In this document: in pieces, positions 1 through 9,897 of the stretch
Layout: each line of letters opens with the position of its first letter
Numbering within the stretch: position 1 is the stretch's first letter
Assembly (NCBI GenBank): GCA_965216635.1
Contig: OZ244188.1
Span: forward strand, 2,208,001 to 2,272,000
DNA: 64,000 nucleotides
Direction of reading: 5' to 3'
Source of the DNA: a bacterium
Lineage (GTDB): Bacteria; SAR324; XYD2-FULL-50-16; G965216635
The notes under the pieces: generated by a model
Told to the model about the DNA's origin: nothing
Database searches by the model: none
What the model saw: only the letters and a program-made list of their open reading frames with translations
Position numbers and translations under genes: made by a program

Positions 1-286
1 CAAAAATATTAACGCCAAAATCTTTCCCATCTCCGTGTTTATCAAAGTTTTCGTTGGCTTCTCCTCGTAAAAGAAATCCATTCATAGCCATATCCGTTTT
101 TGCAATGCCTCCCAGTGTAACTCCCAGTCCATAAAAACTTTGCACGCCCGGTATATTGCCCACTATGGGAAAAGTAAAAAAACTCAATTCTAGTGGCTTT
201 ACAGGTCTTCTATCAAAAATAATCGCTTGACTTGTAGAAATCCATACAAAAAAAAGTACAGAAAATAATAGTAGTTTTGCTTTCAT
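1..286 (-). CDS. Secreted/outer-membrane hypothetical protein, truncated by window edge
   Basis: Manual translation from ATG at 286: MKAKLLLFSVLFFVWISTSQAIIFDRR..., signal-peptide-like N-terminus, open to position 1. Confidence 0.65.
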   Translation of the reverse strand, partial: MKAKLLLFSVLFFVWISTSQAIIFDRRPVKPLELSFFTFPIVGNIPGVQSFYGLGVTLGGIAKTDMAMNGFLLRGEANENFDKHGDGKDFGVNIF

Positions 287-317
287 ATAAATAAGTTGAT
301 TTTTTAAGAATTATTTA

Positions 318-460
318 GAGACTATTGAATTAGACATTCTAGTTCAGCTATACTGCGTTGCTCAAATTTTTTATCACTCAAAATACTTCAGTATTCCTCT
401 TGGGTAAAAAATTTTCAAGCCTTGTCTAGCTTTCCTATAATGCTAAAGTTCAATATTCTC
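318..460. mobile_element. 143-bp palindromic MITE-like element, copy 1
   Basis: Ends GAGACTATTGAA...TTCAATATTCTC; reverse complement of 45471-45613 with 3 mismatches; overlaps the upp stop codon. Confidence 0.85.
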
Positions 461-1088
461 ATTTAGTGTTATAAATTCGATCTCCCGCATCTCCCAATCC
501 CGGTAGAATATATCCTTTTTCATTGAGTTTGTCATCTATTGCTACGGTGTAGATTTTTATTTGCGGGTGTTTTTTTTGAAAATTGGCAATCCCTTTTGGT
601 GCTGAAAGTATACAAATAAAACAAATATTTTTAGCTCCTGCGTTTTTCAGACGATCCGTAGCCGCTATTGCAGAATGGGCGGTAGCTAGCATTGGATCTA
701 CAAGGATTACTTTTTTCTGTTCTATGTTAGAGGGTATTTTAAAATAATACTCCACAGCTTCCAGCGTTACAGGATTACGATAAATACCAATATGTCCCAC
801 ACTAGCATTTGGTAACATTTTTAACATCCCTTCTAAAATACCATTACCTGCTCTAAGGATAGATATTAAAGCAAACTGCTCGCTCACAAAAGATGCCTCC
901 ATAGTCTGTAAAGGAGTCTCAATTTTTTGCTTTATAAGAGTGCTTTCTCTGGTAGCTTCAAAGGCTAATAAAGTGGAGATTTCAAAAAGCAAACTACGAA
1001 ATTTTTGAGAGTCCGTTTCTTTTTGCCGCATCAAACTCAATTTATGTTGTAATATCGGGTGTTTTAATAAGATAATATTTTTATTCAT
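459..1088 (-). CDS. upp: Uracil phosphoribosyltransferase
   Basis: ISILRAG, VDPMLAT and GYILPGLGDAGDR motifs. Confidence 0.97.
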   Translation of the reverse strand: MNKNIILLKHPILQHKLSLMRQKETDSQKFRSLLFEISTLLAFEATRESTLIKQKIETPLQTMEASFVSEQFALISILRAGNGILEGMLKMLPNASVGHIGIYRNPVTLEAVEYYFKIPSNIEQKKVILVDPMLATAHSAIAATDRLKNAGAKNICFICILSAPKGIANFQKKHPQIKIYTVAIDDKLNEKGYILPGLGDAGDRIYNTK

Positions 1089-1095
1089 AGTTTTT

Positions 1096-1947
1096 TTAAT
1101 AAAATAAAGGGGTAGTTACAATTTCCCCATTAGGATAAAGCGCAATGCGGTTATAAAATTGATTGCGTTGTTGCCGACCTAAAATAATTCCGCCGCTGTT
1201 GAGAGACCAAACAGACTTTCCTTGCATTTGAATCATTTCTTGCCAACTATAATGTATATGCCCGTGACAGTAGGCAAGAAACGAATCATCTAGCATGTAA
1301 GAGGCAAGTTTTTTCCCCTGTTTTAATCTTCGCCAAAACCTATTTTTTTTACCAGTAGGAATAAATACAGGATAATGTCCGAAACCTATTTTTTCTTTGT
1401 TTAGGTTTTTTGAGTTACGGATTTTTTGTTGATATTCTTGAAAAAAATTAGAGCTTAAAACACCACGAGAAGAAAACCAAGGTCTAGGCACTGCCATATC
1501 AAAAAAAACCAATAGAAATCTATCTAAAATTTCTTTGATATGAATAGAATAATCTTTTTTTTGACTCCAGTTAAAAATAATGTATTTTTTAAAGTGGGTT
1601 TCAAAATTTTCTTCAAAGGTTACTTTTTTTGTATAACGGTCGTGATTGCCTGCCAAAACTACAATTTCCCTACCTCCAAAATAATAATCTAGCTGCTCTC
1701 TAGCTTTTTGAAATTCTTTTTTATAAGAAAGATTGCTAAAATCTCCTGTAATACAAAGTAAATCCCATTCTTTTTCTGCTATACTTTTAAGTAGCCTTTC
1801 TCTTTGGAGATTGTAACGATAACTTTTTTTGATTAAAGTTTCATTTACCAATCCTAGGAAACGTTTGCCGCGTAAATCTGCCATCTGCAATTTTGGGAAA
1901 CTGTAGTGTAAGTCGGACAAATGAATGATAATGTAACTTTTCTCCAT
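1096..1947 (-). CDS. Calcineurin-like metallophosphoesterase
   Basis: SDLH, TGDF, GNHD and HGHIH motifs. Confidence 0.9.
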   Translation of the reverse strand: MEKSYIIIHLSDLHYSFPKLQMADLRGKRFLGLVNETLIKKSYRYNLQRERLLKSIAEKEWDLLCITGDFSNLSYKKEFQKAREQLDYYFGGREIVVLAGNHDRYTKKVTFEENFETHFKKYIIFNWSQKKDYSIHIKEILDRFLLVFFDMAVPRPWFSSRGVLSSNFFQEYQQKIRNSKNLNKEKIGFGHYPVFIPTGKKNRFWRRLKQGKKLASYMLDDSFLAYCHGHIHYSWQEMIQMQGKSVWSLNSGGIILGRQQRNQFYNRIALYPNGEIVTTPLFY

Positions 1948-2033
1948 TTTTTTGGTTGTAATAATGTAGAATTTATTATAAACTATAATTTTTTGTTAAA
2001 AATTAAAAGCAAAATTAAACAAATACAACTAAA

Positions 2034-3359
2034 ATGAAATTAATAGGTTTAAGAGAAATTCCTCAAAACACAGTTTTTAAGGAAGGTGATATTTTTATTT
2101 TGTTCGGGGAGCTGTTTGGCAGAGGTTATGTGAATGGGCTATTGAAAGAGGCAAAAGAATGCAAAATGCGCATTATTGGCTTGACTGTGGGCAGAAGAGA
2201 TGCAGATAAAACTCTGCGAGCTTTATCAGAAGAGGAATTGAAAGAAGCAGAAAAAAACCTCGGTGGAGAGATCATAAATATCCCACTAGAAGCAGGGTTT
2301 GATTTAGAATCTGTAGACGGTGTTTCTCCTGTGAATATGATAGATGCTGTAGATAAAAACCAGTGGAGAGAAGCAAAGTTGGATAATGAGCGGATTCTTG
2401 CTTGCAAACAGGCTGCACAAAAAAAATTTTGTAAAAAATTAGAGCAGTTTATGGAAATTTTAGAGCAAAAAATTCCAGCCGATAAAAATATTTTTTTTGC
2501 GCATACTATGGCAGGGGGCATTATCCGTGCAAAATTATTTTTTATAATAGCCAACAAGGTTTTTAAAGGTAAAGGGGAGCGATTTGAATCTTCACAGAAA
2601 TACTGGAATAGTGATATAGGACAGCTTTGTGCGAAAAACTTTGACAGTGTTACTGCTGATACTTTTGATTTGTTACTGCGGTTTTCTAAAAAAATCAGGG
2701 AAAGAAACGAGGCTAATGGAGCTTCTGTTTTTTATAGTGCGTACGGCTATCACGGTTGCGAAATCTACATTCAAGATAAATTACAATGGCAAACTTATGT
2801 TCCTTATCAACAGGGGCACGCCAAGAAAAGACTGGAGAATTTTGCAGTCTCTGCGAGGTCGCAGAATATTCAAGCATCTGTTTTTAATTGCCCTGAAATT
2901 AGAACCAATTCCAGTAGTATTTTTTTAGGGGTAGAACTTTCACTCTTTTTTTTATTTGTAGCTTTAAGAAAACATCACCCTTCCAGTTGGAGCGAAGAGC
3001 AGTGGAAAATATGTCAAGATAAATTACCGCAAGAAATTCGCTTAGAAGATATTTTAGAAGAACTGGAAGAATGTATAATGAGTGCCGAAATACAAGAAAA
3101 TTTTTCTTTTGAAAATTGGCCCACAGAAAATTCTCCCGTTTTTTCAGAAAAAATTATTAGTATATCAGAAAAAATCACAAAATTACACAAAGACAGAAAG
3201 GATCTAATTAGCGATTACTTGAGTAATCTTGTTGTAGAGGCTACGGGCTCTCTCATCTTTCAGTATGCATCTTCTCCTAAAGAAGCTGTTATTTGGTTAG
3301 GTCACGATATTATAGCTAAAAGTTTAGCTCACATATATAGCAAACAAGCTCGCTCTTAA
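2034..3359 (+). CDS. FabMG-family enoyl-ACP reductase
   Basis: N-terminus GDIFILFGELFGRGYVNGL...GLTVGRRD...NLGGEIINIPLEAGFDL matches FabMG as recalled; HTMAGG and YGYHG segments. Confidence 0.75.
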   Translation: MKLIGLREIPQNTVFKEGDIFILFGELFGRGYVNGLLKEAKECKMRIIGLTVGRRDADKTLRALSEEELKEAEKNLGGEIINIPLEAGFDLESVDGVSPVNMIDAVDKNQWREAKLDNERILACKQAAQKKFCKKLEQFMEILEQKIPADKNIFFAHTMAGGIIRAKLFFIIANKVFKGKGERFESSQKYWNSDIGQLCAKNFDSVTADTFDLLLRFSKKIRERNEANGASVFYSAYGYHGCEIYIQDKLQWQTYVPYQQGHAKKRLENFAVSARSQNIQASVFNCPEIRTNSSSIFLGVELSLFFLFVALRKHHPSSWSEEQWKICQDKLPQEIRLEDILEELEECIMSAEIQENFSFENWPTENSPVFSEKIISISEKITKLHKDRKDLISDYLSNLVVEATGSLIFQYASSPKEAVIWLGHDIIAKSLAHIYSKQARS

Positions 3360-3360
3360 T

Positions 3361-4269
3361 ATGAATTCTTTGTCTAGTTTGAATGCAGTTCCCAAACCCA
3401 AGTGGCTTAAAGCTGTTATTCCTTCTGGGGAAAAATATCATTTTATAAAAAGCAAAAGAACTTCTCTAAAACTAGCCACAGTTTGTGAAGAAGCACGTTG
3501 TCCGAATATCGGAGAATGTTGGGCGTCTGGAACGGCAACTTTTATGGTTATGGGAGATAGCTGCACAAGGGGCTGTCGTTTTTGTTCGGTTATGACTAAA
3601 AAATACCCAGAGCCACTAGATCCTCTAGAGCCTTTAAAATTAGCAGAAACTCTACAAGAACTTGCTTTAGAATATGTAGTGATTACTACTGTGGATAGAG
3701 ACGATTTAGAAGACCAAGGATCTTTTCACATTAGAGCCTGTATTGAAAAAGTCCAAGAATTAAATCCCACTATGCTTGTAGAAATTTTAATGCCAGATTT
3801 TCAAGGGAAACTAGATTTAGTCAATGAAATTATTCAAGCACAGCCTGCAGTCTACGCCCATAATATAGAAACAGTAGAAAGACTTACACCAAGGGTAAGA
3901 GACAGAAGAGCGGGTTACCAGCAATCTTTGGATGTTTTGGATTATATCAAAAAACAAAATAAAACAAATCATACAAAATCTTCTATTATGCTAGGTTTGG
4001 GAGAAAATGAAGCAGAAATTTTACAAACTATGAAAGATTTACGCAGCATAGATGTAGATTTTTTAACGCTTGGTCAATATTTGCGTCCTAGTTTGCATCA
4101 ATTAAAGGTAGTAGAATATATCCATCCTGATACTTTTGAGTTTTTTCACGAAGAAGGCTTAAAGATGGGTTTTAAGTATGTGGCGAGCGGGCCCTTAGTG
4201 CGAAGTTCTTACAAGGCGGCAGAGTTTTTTATTCAGAGTATGATTGGGAATTATGGTTCAGACAAATGA
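3361..4269 (+). CDS. lipA: Lipoyl synthase
   Basis: CEEARCPNIGEC, CTRGCRFC and C-terminal VRSSY motifs. Confidence 0.97.
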   Translation: MNSLSSLNAVPKPKWLKAVIPSGEKYHFIKSKRTSLKLATVCEEARCPNIGECWASGTATFMVMGDSCTRGCRFCSVMTKKYPEPLDPLEPLKLAETLQELALEYVVITTVDRDDLEDQGSFHIRACIEKVQELNPTMLVEILMPDFQGKLDLVNEIIQAQPAVYAHNIETVERLTPRVRDRRAGYQQSLDVLDYIKKQNKTNHTKSSIMLGLGENEAEILQTMKDLRSIDVDFLTLGQYLRPSLHQLKVVEYIHPDTFEFFHEEGLKMGFKYVASGPLVRSSYKAAEFFIQSMIGNYGSDK

Positions 4270-5660
4270 TTGCCAAAAATTGTTTAAAATATTTTTTTAT
4301 CTTTAAGATCAGTATTTTTTTTCTTATCACCAACCCTATTTCAGCAAAACAATTGAATTTTAAAAAAGAAACGTATAACTCCAGAACAAATTTCACCTAC
4401 CTTTTTTTGGATTCTCAAAAAAAAGAACAAAATATTGTTTTTAGTTTAGCTACAGATTTGATTAAGAATTCCCGTCAAGAAATTCCTAGTTTGGAATTTT
4501 TGCACCAAAAAATTCATACCGAACTTCCCAACAGAGCTCACCTAATTTCACAGAAATATTTGAGACCTCAAGAAGAAAAATACCAGAAACATCTTTTAGG
4601 CTTAAGAAATTCTATTTTCAAAATTACTTCAAAATTAGGGACGGATTTTGAGTTTAAGATCACCTGCCCTGAAAAAATACTGCAATACAAATTTCAATTA
4701 GAGAAAGAATCCCAGTTATCCTATTCTCAAAAACTCACCTATCAGAGTTGTAACTTAAGTATAAATTCTGAAGCTGCTCACCAAATGCTAATCCAAAATT
4801 GGCAATCTTTAATCCAGCAAGCAAAAAATTCACTGCCTGAAAATTTTATCTATAAACTTATAAAAACGGTAAATGGATATAGTATAGAATCAGAAATACC
4901 TGCAAACTGGAATTCGTCCGATAAACGGAATGCACAAAAAATATTACAAAAAACCAATAAATTAATAGCAACCTCTTTAAAAAATTTTGAAAAGAAACAA
5001 CAAATTTTAAATGAAAATTTTCAAAAAATCAGTGCAACTCACCAAATTTTTCATACTGAATTACAAAAATTACTGAGTCCTACTTTAGAAAAAATTTCTC
5101 AAAAAATCACATCCGAAAATGAAAAAAAATATTCTCAGCACTATCTAAAAATAGAAAAAAAAGGAGATAACAATATTATTTCTCCAGACTATCGTAGCTT
5201 GGTAAAAGATTACAAAAAAAGAATGCGTATTGTCTCGGATGCTATTAAAAAAAAAGGTGCAACGGATAGAGAACTATTAGAAAAAGCTCTCAATTTTTTA
5301 CAATCCATCCCTTACGATACACTTCAAAATAGAGACTTGGAAAGTTTTACAGGTTTTTTGCCCGCTTATTCCTTACTAGATAAAAATATAGGAGACTGTG
5401 ATTCTAAATCGGTAGCCCTACTTTCTATTGCAAAAAATCTCACTCCGCAAGTTAAAAGTATTATGGTGCTCATTCCAAAACACGCTTTTTTAGCTTTTGC
5501 AATTCCAGTAAAACCAGAAGATAAAACAATTCTCTATCAAGGAGAACGTTATGTTGTTGCTGAAGTAGCAGGACCCGCAATAGTGCCACTAGGACAAGTA
5601 GGAAAAAATTCTGAATCGGCTATTAAGAAGAATAGTTTTGAAGAAATTTTAGAGTTTTAG
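4266..5660 (+). CDS. Exported protein with C-terminal transglutaminase-like domain
   Basis: Signal-like N-terminus; QSIPY, GDCDSKS, HAFL and AE residues suggest a Cys-His-acid triad. Confidence 0.6.
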   Translation: MIAKNCLKYFFIFKISIFFLITNPISAKQLNFKKETYNSRTNFTYLFLDSQKKEQNIVFSLATDLIKNSRQEIPSLEFLHQKIHTELPNRAHLISQKYLRPQEEKYQKHLLGLRNSIFKITSKLGTDFEFKITCPEKILQYKFQLEKESQLSYSQKLTYQSCNLSINSEAAHQMLIQNWQSLIQQAKNSLPENFIYKLIKTVNGYSIESEIPANWNSSDKRNAQKILQKTNKLIATSLKNFEKKQQILNENFQKISATHQIFHTELQKLLSPTLEKISQKITSENEKKYSQHYLKIEKKGDNNIISPDYRSLVKDYKKRMRIVSDAIKKKGATDRELLEKALNFLQSIPYDTLQNRDLESFTGFLPAYSLLDKNIGDCDSKSVALLSIAKNLTPQVKSIMVLIPKHAFLAFAIPVKPEDKTILYQGERYVVAEVAGPAIVPLGQVGKNSESAIKKNSFEEILEF

Positions 5661-5735
5661 GTTGTTTTATTAAAAAAAAAATTAAAAGTTATTGTTTTTT
5701 TTTTAAAATTTGCTATAAAATAATCTAAATATAAT

Positions 5736-5835
5736 GAGATCTTTGGGTTAAGTTTAATGTCTAAAAGATCTCAATCAAAATAACAAAATGAGATCTTTGG
5801 ATTAGGTTGATTTTAAAGTCTAATTCAAAGAACTC
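5736..5835. repeat. Two tandem short hairpins related to the MITE terminal repeats
   Basis: GAGATCTTTG...AAAGATCTC (5736-5772) and GAGATCTTTG...CAAAGAACTC (5790-5835), each followed by AAAATAACAA. Confidence 0.65.
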
Positions 5836-5847
5836 ATTAAAATAACA

Positions 5848-6813
5848 ATGCGAAAATATCTAGTTACTTTTACACTTGTTTTTGTCTTTAGTGCTTTTAC
5901 AGTTTTATTGGCAGCAACAAAGTGGGATATGCCTACTCCTTACGGAGATGGAATTCATCATACTAAAAATGTAAAAAACTTTGCTTCTGATGTTGAAAAA
6001 GCCACAGGAGGAAAAATAAAAATTGTAGTTCATTCAGGAGCTTCTCTATATAAACATCCACAAATCTATCGTGCGGTTCGTACTAATCAGGTAGCTATTG
6101 GGGAATTATTTATGGGCTTATTAGGAAACGATCACCCTGTTTTTAAAGCAGATAATATTCCTTTCTTGGCTTCTAATTTTAAGGATGCTAAGAAGTTATG
6201 GAAAGTTTCCCGTCCCTTTGTAGAAAAAGTTTTAGAAAAAGAAGGGGTAATGTTACTTTATGCTGTCCCTTGGCCTCCGCAAGGATTTTACACTAAAAAA
6301 CCATTAAATTCTGTTTCTGATTTAAAAGGTTTAAGAATGCGTGCTTATAGTTCTACAACATCAAGACTGGCTGTTTTACTAAAAGCTACGCCAACGACTG
6401 TTCAAACCCCTGAAATACCTCAGGCTTTTTCTACTGGGATTATTGACGCTATGGTAACTTCTCCTAGCACAGGAGTAAGCAGTCAGGCTTGGGATTTTGT
6501 AAGTTACTATTCAGATACACAGGCTTGGATACCAAAAAATATGGTTATTATCAATCTTAAAGCCTTTAAAAAATTGAATAAAAAAGAACAAAAAGCACTT
6601 ATCAAAGCAGCAAAGAAGGCAGAACAACGAGGTTGGCAATTAGCAGAAAAAGAGACCAAAGAAAAAACTAAAGTTTTATCAAAGAACGGTATCCATGTTA
6701 GTGCACCAACAAAAAAATTCCAAAAAGAGCTAAGAGCTATTGGTAAAATAATGGCAAAAGAATGGGCTAATGATGCTGGCGATACAGCTGCTACTATTTT
6801 GAAAGAATTTTAA
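5848..6813 (+). CDS. dctP: TRAP transporter substrate-binding protein (DctP family)
   Basis: Signal peptide, DLKGLRMRAY, followed by small and large permeases. Confidence 0.92.
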   Translation: MRKYLVTFTLVFVFSAFTVLLAATKWDMPTPYGDGIHHTKNVKNFASDVEKATGGKIKIVVHSGASLYKHPQIYRAVRTNQVAIGELFMGLLGNDHPVFKADNIPFLASNFKDAKKLWKVSRPFVEKVLEKEGVMLLYAVPWPPQGFYTKKPLNSVSDLKGLRMRAYSSTTSRLAVLLKATPTTVQTPEIPQAFSTGIIDAMVTSPSTGVSSQAWDFVSYYSDTQAWIPKNMVIINLKAFKKLNKKEQKALIKAAKKAEQRGWQLAEKETKEKTKVLSKNGIHVSAPTKKFQKELRAIGKIMAKEWANDAGDTAATILKEF

Positions 6814-6815
6814 AA

Positions 6816-7301
6816 GTGCGGGTTTTTTTAGATAAACTATATTTTTTATCCGCTCTACTAGCGGGAATATTTATTGTTTTTATCGCACTTCTCATCCTGA
6901 CTCAAGTTATAGGTCGGTGGTTTGGAATAATTATTCCTTCCACCGAAGACTTTTCAGGTTATTTTTTAGCTACATCTTCTTTCCTAGCACTTGCTTATAC
7001 ATTCCAGCAAAAAAAGCATATTCGTATAACCCTACTGCTCCATTCATTTAAACCTCATTTGCGACAAAAGATTGAAATTTGTTCACTCATTTTTGTTTCC
7101 TTAGTAGTAGGCTATCTTTTTTACTATGCTTCCACGCTAGTATTTTTTTCTTGGAAATTTAAGGAAATCTCACAAGGTTATATTCCAATACCATTATATC
7201 TGGCACAAATGGGTCTGCCTATTGGTTTATTAATATTTCTAATTTCTATTTTTGATTGTCTACTGCATTCTTTTAAAACTGAAGCTCTCTCAAAGAAATA
7301 A
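6816..7301 (+). CDS. dctQ: TRAP transporter small permease
   Basis: 4 TM helices, HIRI motif, gene position. Confidence 0.9.
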   Translation: MRVFLDKLYFLSALLAGIFIVFIALLILTQVIGRWFGIIIPSTEDFSGYFLATSSFLALAYTFQQKKHIRITLLLHSFKPHLRQKIEICSLIFVSLVVGYLFYYASTLVFFSWKFKEISQGYIPIPLYLAQMGLPIGLLIFLISIFDCLLHSFKTEALSKK

Positions 7302-7304
7302 AAA

Positions 7305-8603
7305 GTGGATATTTTTCTATTATCATCAATTTTACTTATTACTCTATTCTTTCTTCTAGTAAGTGGAATTTGGGTTGCTATTACTTTATTTAGTGTTGCT
7401 TTTTTCGGTCTTTTGCTTAATGAAACAAATAATATAGGCTCTATTTTAGCCACCACAACATGGGGAGTTTCTTCAGCTTGGTCTTTAACAGCACTTCCTT
7501 TATTTATTTGGATGGGGGAGATTTTATTTCGCAGCGAACTATCCAAAAATTTATTCCGTGGTTTAACCCCATTTATTAATTTTTTACCAGGAAAATTGTT
7601 GCATGTGAATATTTTAGCTTGCGGTATTTTTGCTGCTATTTCCGGGTCCTCTGCGGCGACTACAGCGACTATAGGTAAAATTTGCTTACCAGAATTAGAA
7701 AAAAGGAATTATCCAAAAAAAATGATTTTTGCTACCCTAGCTGGTTCAGGGACACTTGGATTTTTAATTCCACCTTCTATTATTCTCATTGTTTATGGGG
7801 TATCCGCAGAAGTTTCTATTGCCAGACTTTTTATTGCTGGAATTTTACCCGCTATTCTCCTTATAGCTTTATTTATGAGCTACACTATATTATGGTCTTT
7901 ATTTCATCCCCAAGCTATACCCAAAGAAAAAATTCCTTCCAACTGGAAAGATAAAATAATTGCCATAAAAAATTTACTGCCAGTATTATTCTTAATTTTT
8001 TCTGTATTGGCATCTATCTATCTAGGGTGGGCGACCGCTGTAGAAGCAGCTTCTATAGGCGTTGTAGGAAGTTTAGTTCTTTCTTGGTTTGGAGGGACAT
8101 TAAGTAAAAAAAGTTTTATAAAAAGCCTAATAGAAGCCACCCTCACTTCCACTATGATAACTTTCATTATTGCAGGAGCAGCTTTTTTGACTGTGACTAT
8201 GGGATTTACTGGAATACCTAGAATACTAGCTTCTCAAATAGCTAGTTTCAATTTGAGTTCCTTTCAACTCATCGCTGTATTGACTTTGTTTTTTATTATT
8301 ATGGGATTTTTTTTAGATGGAATTTCCATAGTAATTTTAACTACTTCCGTAGTTTTACCCATCATAGTCAATAGTGGAATAGAATTATTATGGTTTGGAA
8401 TTTATCTAGTGCTTGTAGTAGAAATGTCTCAAATCACCCCTCCTGTTGGATTTAATCTATTTGTCCTTCAAGGACTAAGCAAAGAAAACCTGTTAAAAAT
8501 CGCATGGTATGCTTTCCCTTTTTTTATGCTTTTACTCCTCTCTGTATTTTTCATAACTTTATTCCCACAAATTGTAACGTGGCTTCCTAGTGCAATGTTT
8601 TAG
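7305..8603 (+). CDS. dctM: TRAP transporter large permease
   Basis: ALPLFI, SGSSAAT, IPPSI and ITPPVG motifs. Confidence 0.95.
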   Translation: MDIFLLSSILLITLFFLLVSGIWVAITLFSVAFFGLLLNETNNIGSILATTTWGVSSAWSLTALPLFIWMGEILFRSELSKNLFRGLTPFINFLPGKLLHVNILACGIFAAISGSSAATTATIGKICLPELEKRNYPKKMIFATLAGSGTLGFLIPPSIILIVYGVSAEVSIARLFIAGILPAILLIALFMSYTILWSLFHPQAIPKEKIPSNWKDKIIAIKNLLPVLFLIFSVLASIYLGWATAVEAASIGVVGSLVLSWFGGTLSKKSFIKSLIEATLTSTMITFIIAGAAFLTVTMGFTGIPRILASQIASFNLSSFQLIAVLTLFFIIMGFFLDGISIVILTTSVVLPIIVNSGIELLWFGIYLVLVVEMSQITPPVGFNLFVLQGLSKENLLKIAWYAFPFFMLLLLSVFFITLFPQIVTWLPSAMF

Positions 8604-8641
8604 AAAATTTATATTGGAAAGTATGAAACCAAAAGAACCCC

Positions 8642-8917
8642 CTAGACTGCCAATACCTCCTTTAATCTAGACCTTATCATATTCCTATAGTAATAAGCCT
8701 GAGAGTATAAAGACTGCAGTCCCATAATTTTATTAAAATCTTTAATAGCTTCTGTATATTGTATGGATTGATATTTTTCAGTACCACGACGGTAATGCAA
8801 ACGAGCAAATTGAGGATTTAATTTTAGAGCATGAGAAAAATTGTCTGAAGCCTCTTTATGCAATTTTATAAGATCGCTTATTTGAAGCTCATTAGAGGCA
8901 GTTTTTTTTTCGTCCAT
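8642..8917 (-). CDS. Small TPR-repeat protein
   Basis: ALKLNPQFARLHYRRG...EAIKDFNK...AYYYR TPR pattern; likely start at ATG 8917. Confidence 0.6.
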   Translation of the reverse strand: MDEKKTASNELQISDLIKLHKEASDNFSHALKLNPQFARLHYRRGTEKYQSIQYTEAIKDFNKIMGLQSLYSQAYYYRNMIRSRLKEVLAV

Positions 8918-9096
8918 AGTTTTTTTTTTACAAGTTGATTGAAAATAATACAATACGATGATTTTTGAATTAACGTTCTAGTTACGGAAGCAATCCATAC
9001 TGTGCAACATTTTTGCGAAAAAAACAAGTTTTATTATTTTTTGTAAAAAATAGCCAAAAATCAGAAAAAAAACTTGCCAAGCTTGACAAAAAAGGA

Positions 9097-9857
9097 TTTT
9101 TCTGCAATTATTCTTTATAAAGGATAAGCAGAAAAAATAAAAAACTTTTGAATTAGCGTTCTGTTTAGCCAAAACAAGCTTATTGCTTGACGCTTTTTGT
9201 GGGCTATTTGTGAAACAGCCAAAGGGCTGTTTCACAGTTCATTCTTGCTTAATGCAAGGTTTATAGTGTTTTTTACTACGCCATTAAAAAAAAATTTTAA
9301 CTCTTGAAATATTACATATATTCCTGCGAGCTAAAAATTTTTTTTGCCTTGCCTAGCCGTCACATAACGCAAATTCAAAGGTCTATAAAAAACTGCCAAC
9401 AACCAATAGTTTGCTATTATTGTTTTTTTCTGCAATTATTCTTTATAAAGGATAAGCAGAAAAAATAAAAAACTTTTGAATTAGCGTTCTGTTTAGCCAA
9501 AACAAGCTTATTGCTTGACGCTTTTTGTGGGCTATTTGTGAAACAGCCAAAGGGCTGTTTCACAGTTCATTCTTGCTTAATGCAAGGTTTATAGTGTTTT
9601 TTACTACGCCATTAAAAAAAAATTTTAACTCTTGAAATATTACATATATTCCTGCGAGCTAAAATTTTTTTTTGCCTTTCGTAAAAGCAAAAAGAGTAAA
9701 AATTTAGCGTTAAGCAAAAACGAACTGTCAAAGTGCGATCAAGCACTTTGGCAATAATCTGTCTGAAGTTTAAAACAAAACCGTCACATAACGCAAATTC
9801 AAAGGTCTATAAAAAACTGCCAACAACCAATAGTTTGCTATTATTGTTTTTTTCTGC
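9097..9857. repeat. Tandem duplication (328-bp offset) containing two MITE copies (9142-9385 and 9470-9809)
   Basis: 9097-9348 matches 9425-9677 and 9357-9433 matches 9781-9857; the first copy lacks about 100 bp of interior. Confidence 0.9.
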
Positions 9858-9897
9858 TAATTTTTATTTTAATACTAACCTTTCATCACAAATAATT

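Noticed and set aside
8978..9235. 85-aa ORF (likewise 31169-31409, 32945-33247 and 40075-40422)
   Set aside because: These lie within MITE, REP-like or 71-bp repeat DNA and translate to low-complexity F/K-rich sequence
9733..9897. 55-aa N-terminal extension of OMP paralog 1
   Set aside because: It reads through MITE DNA; the signal peptide begins at ATG 9898
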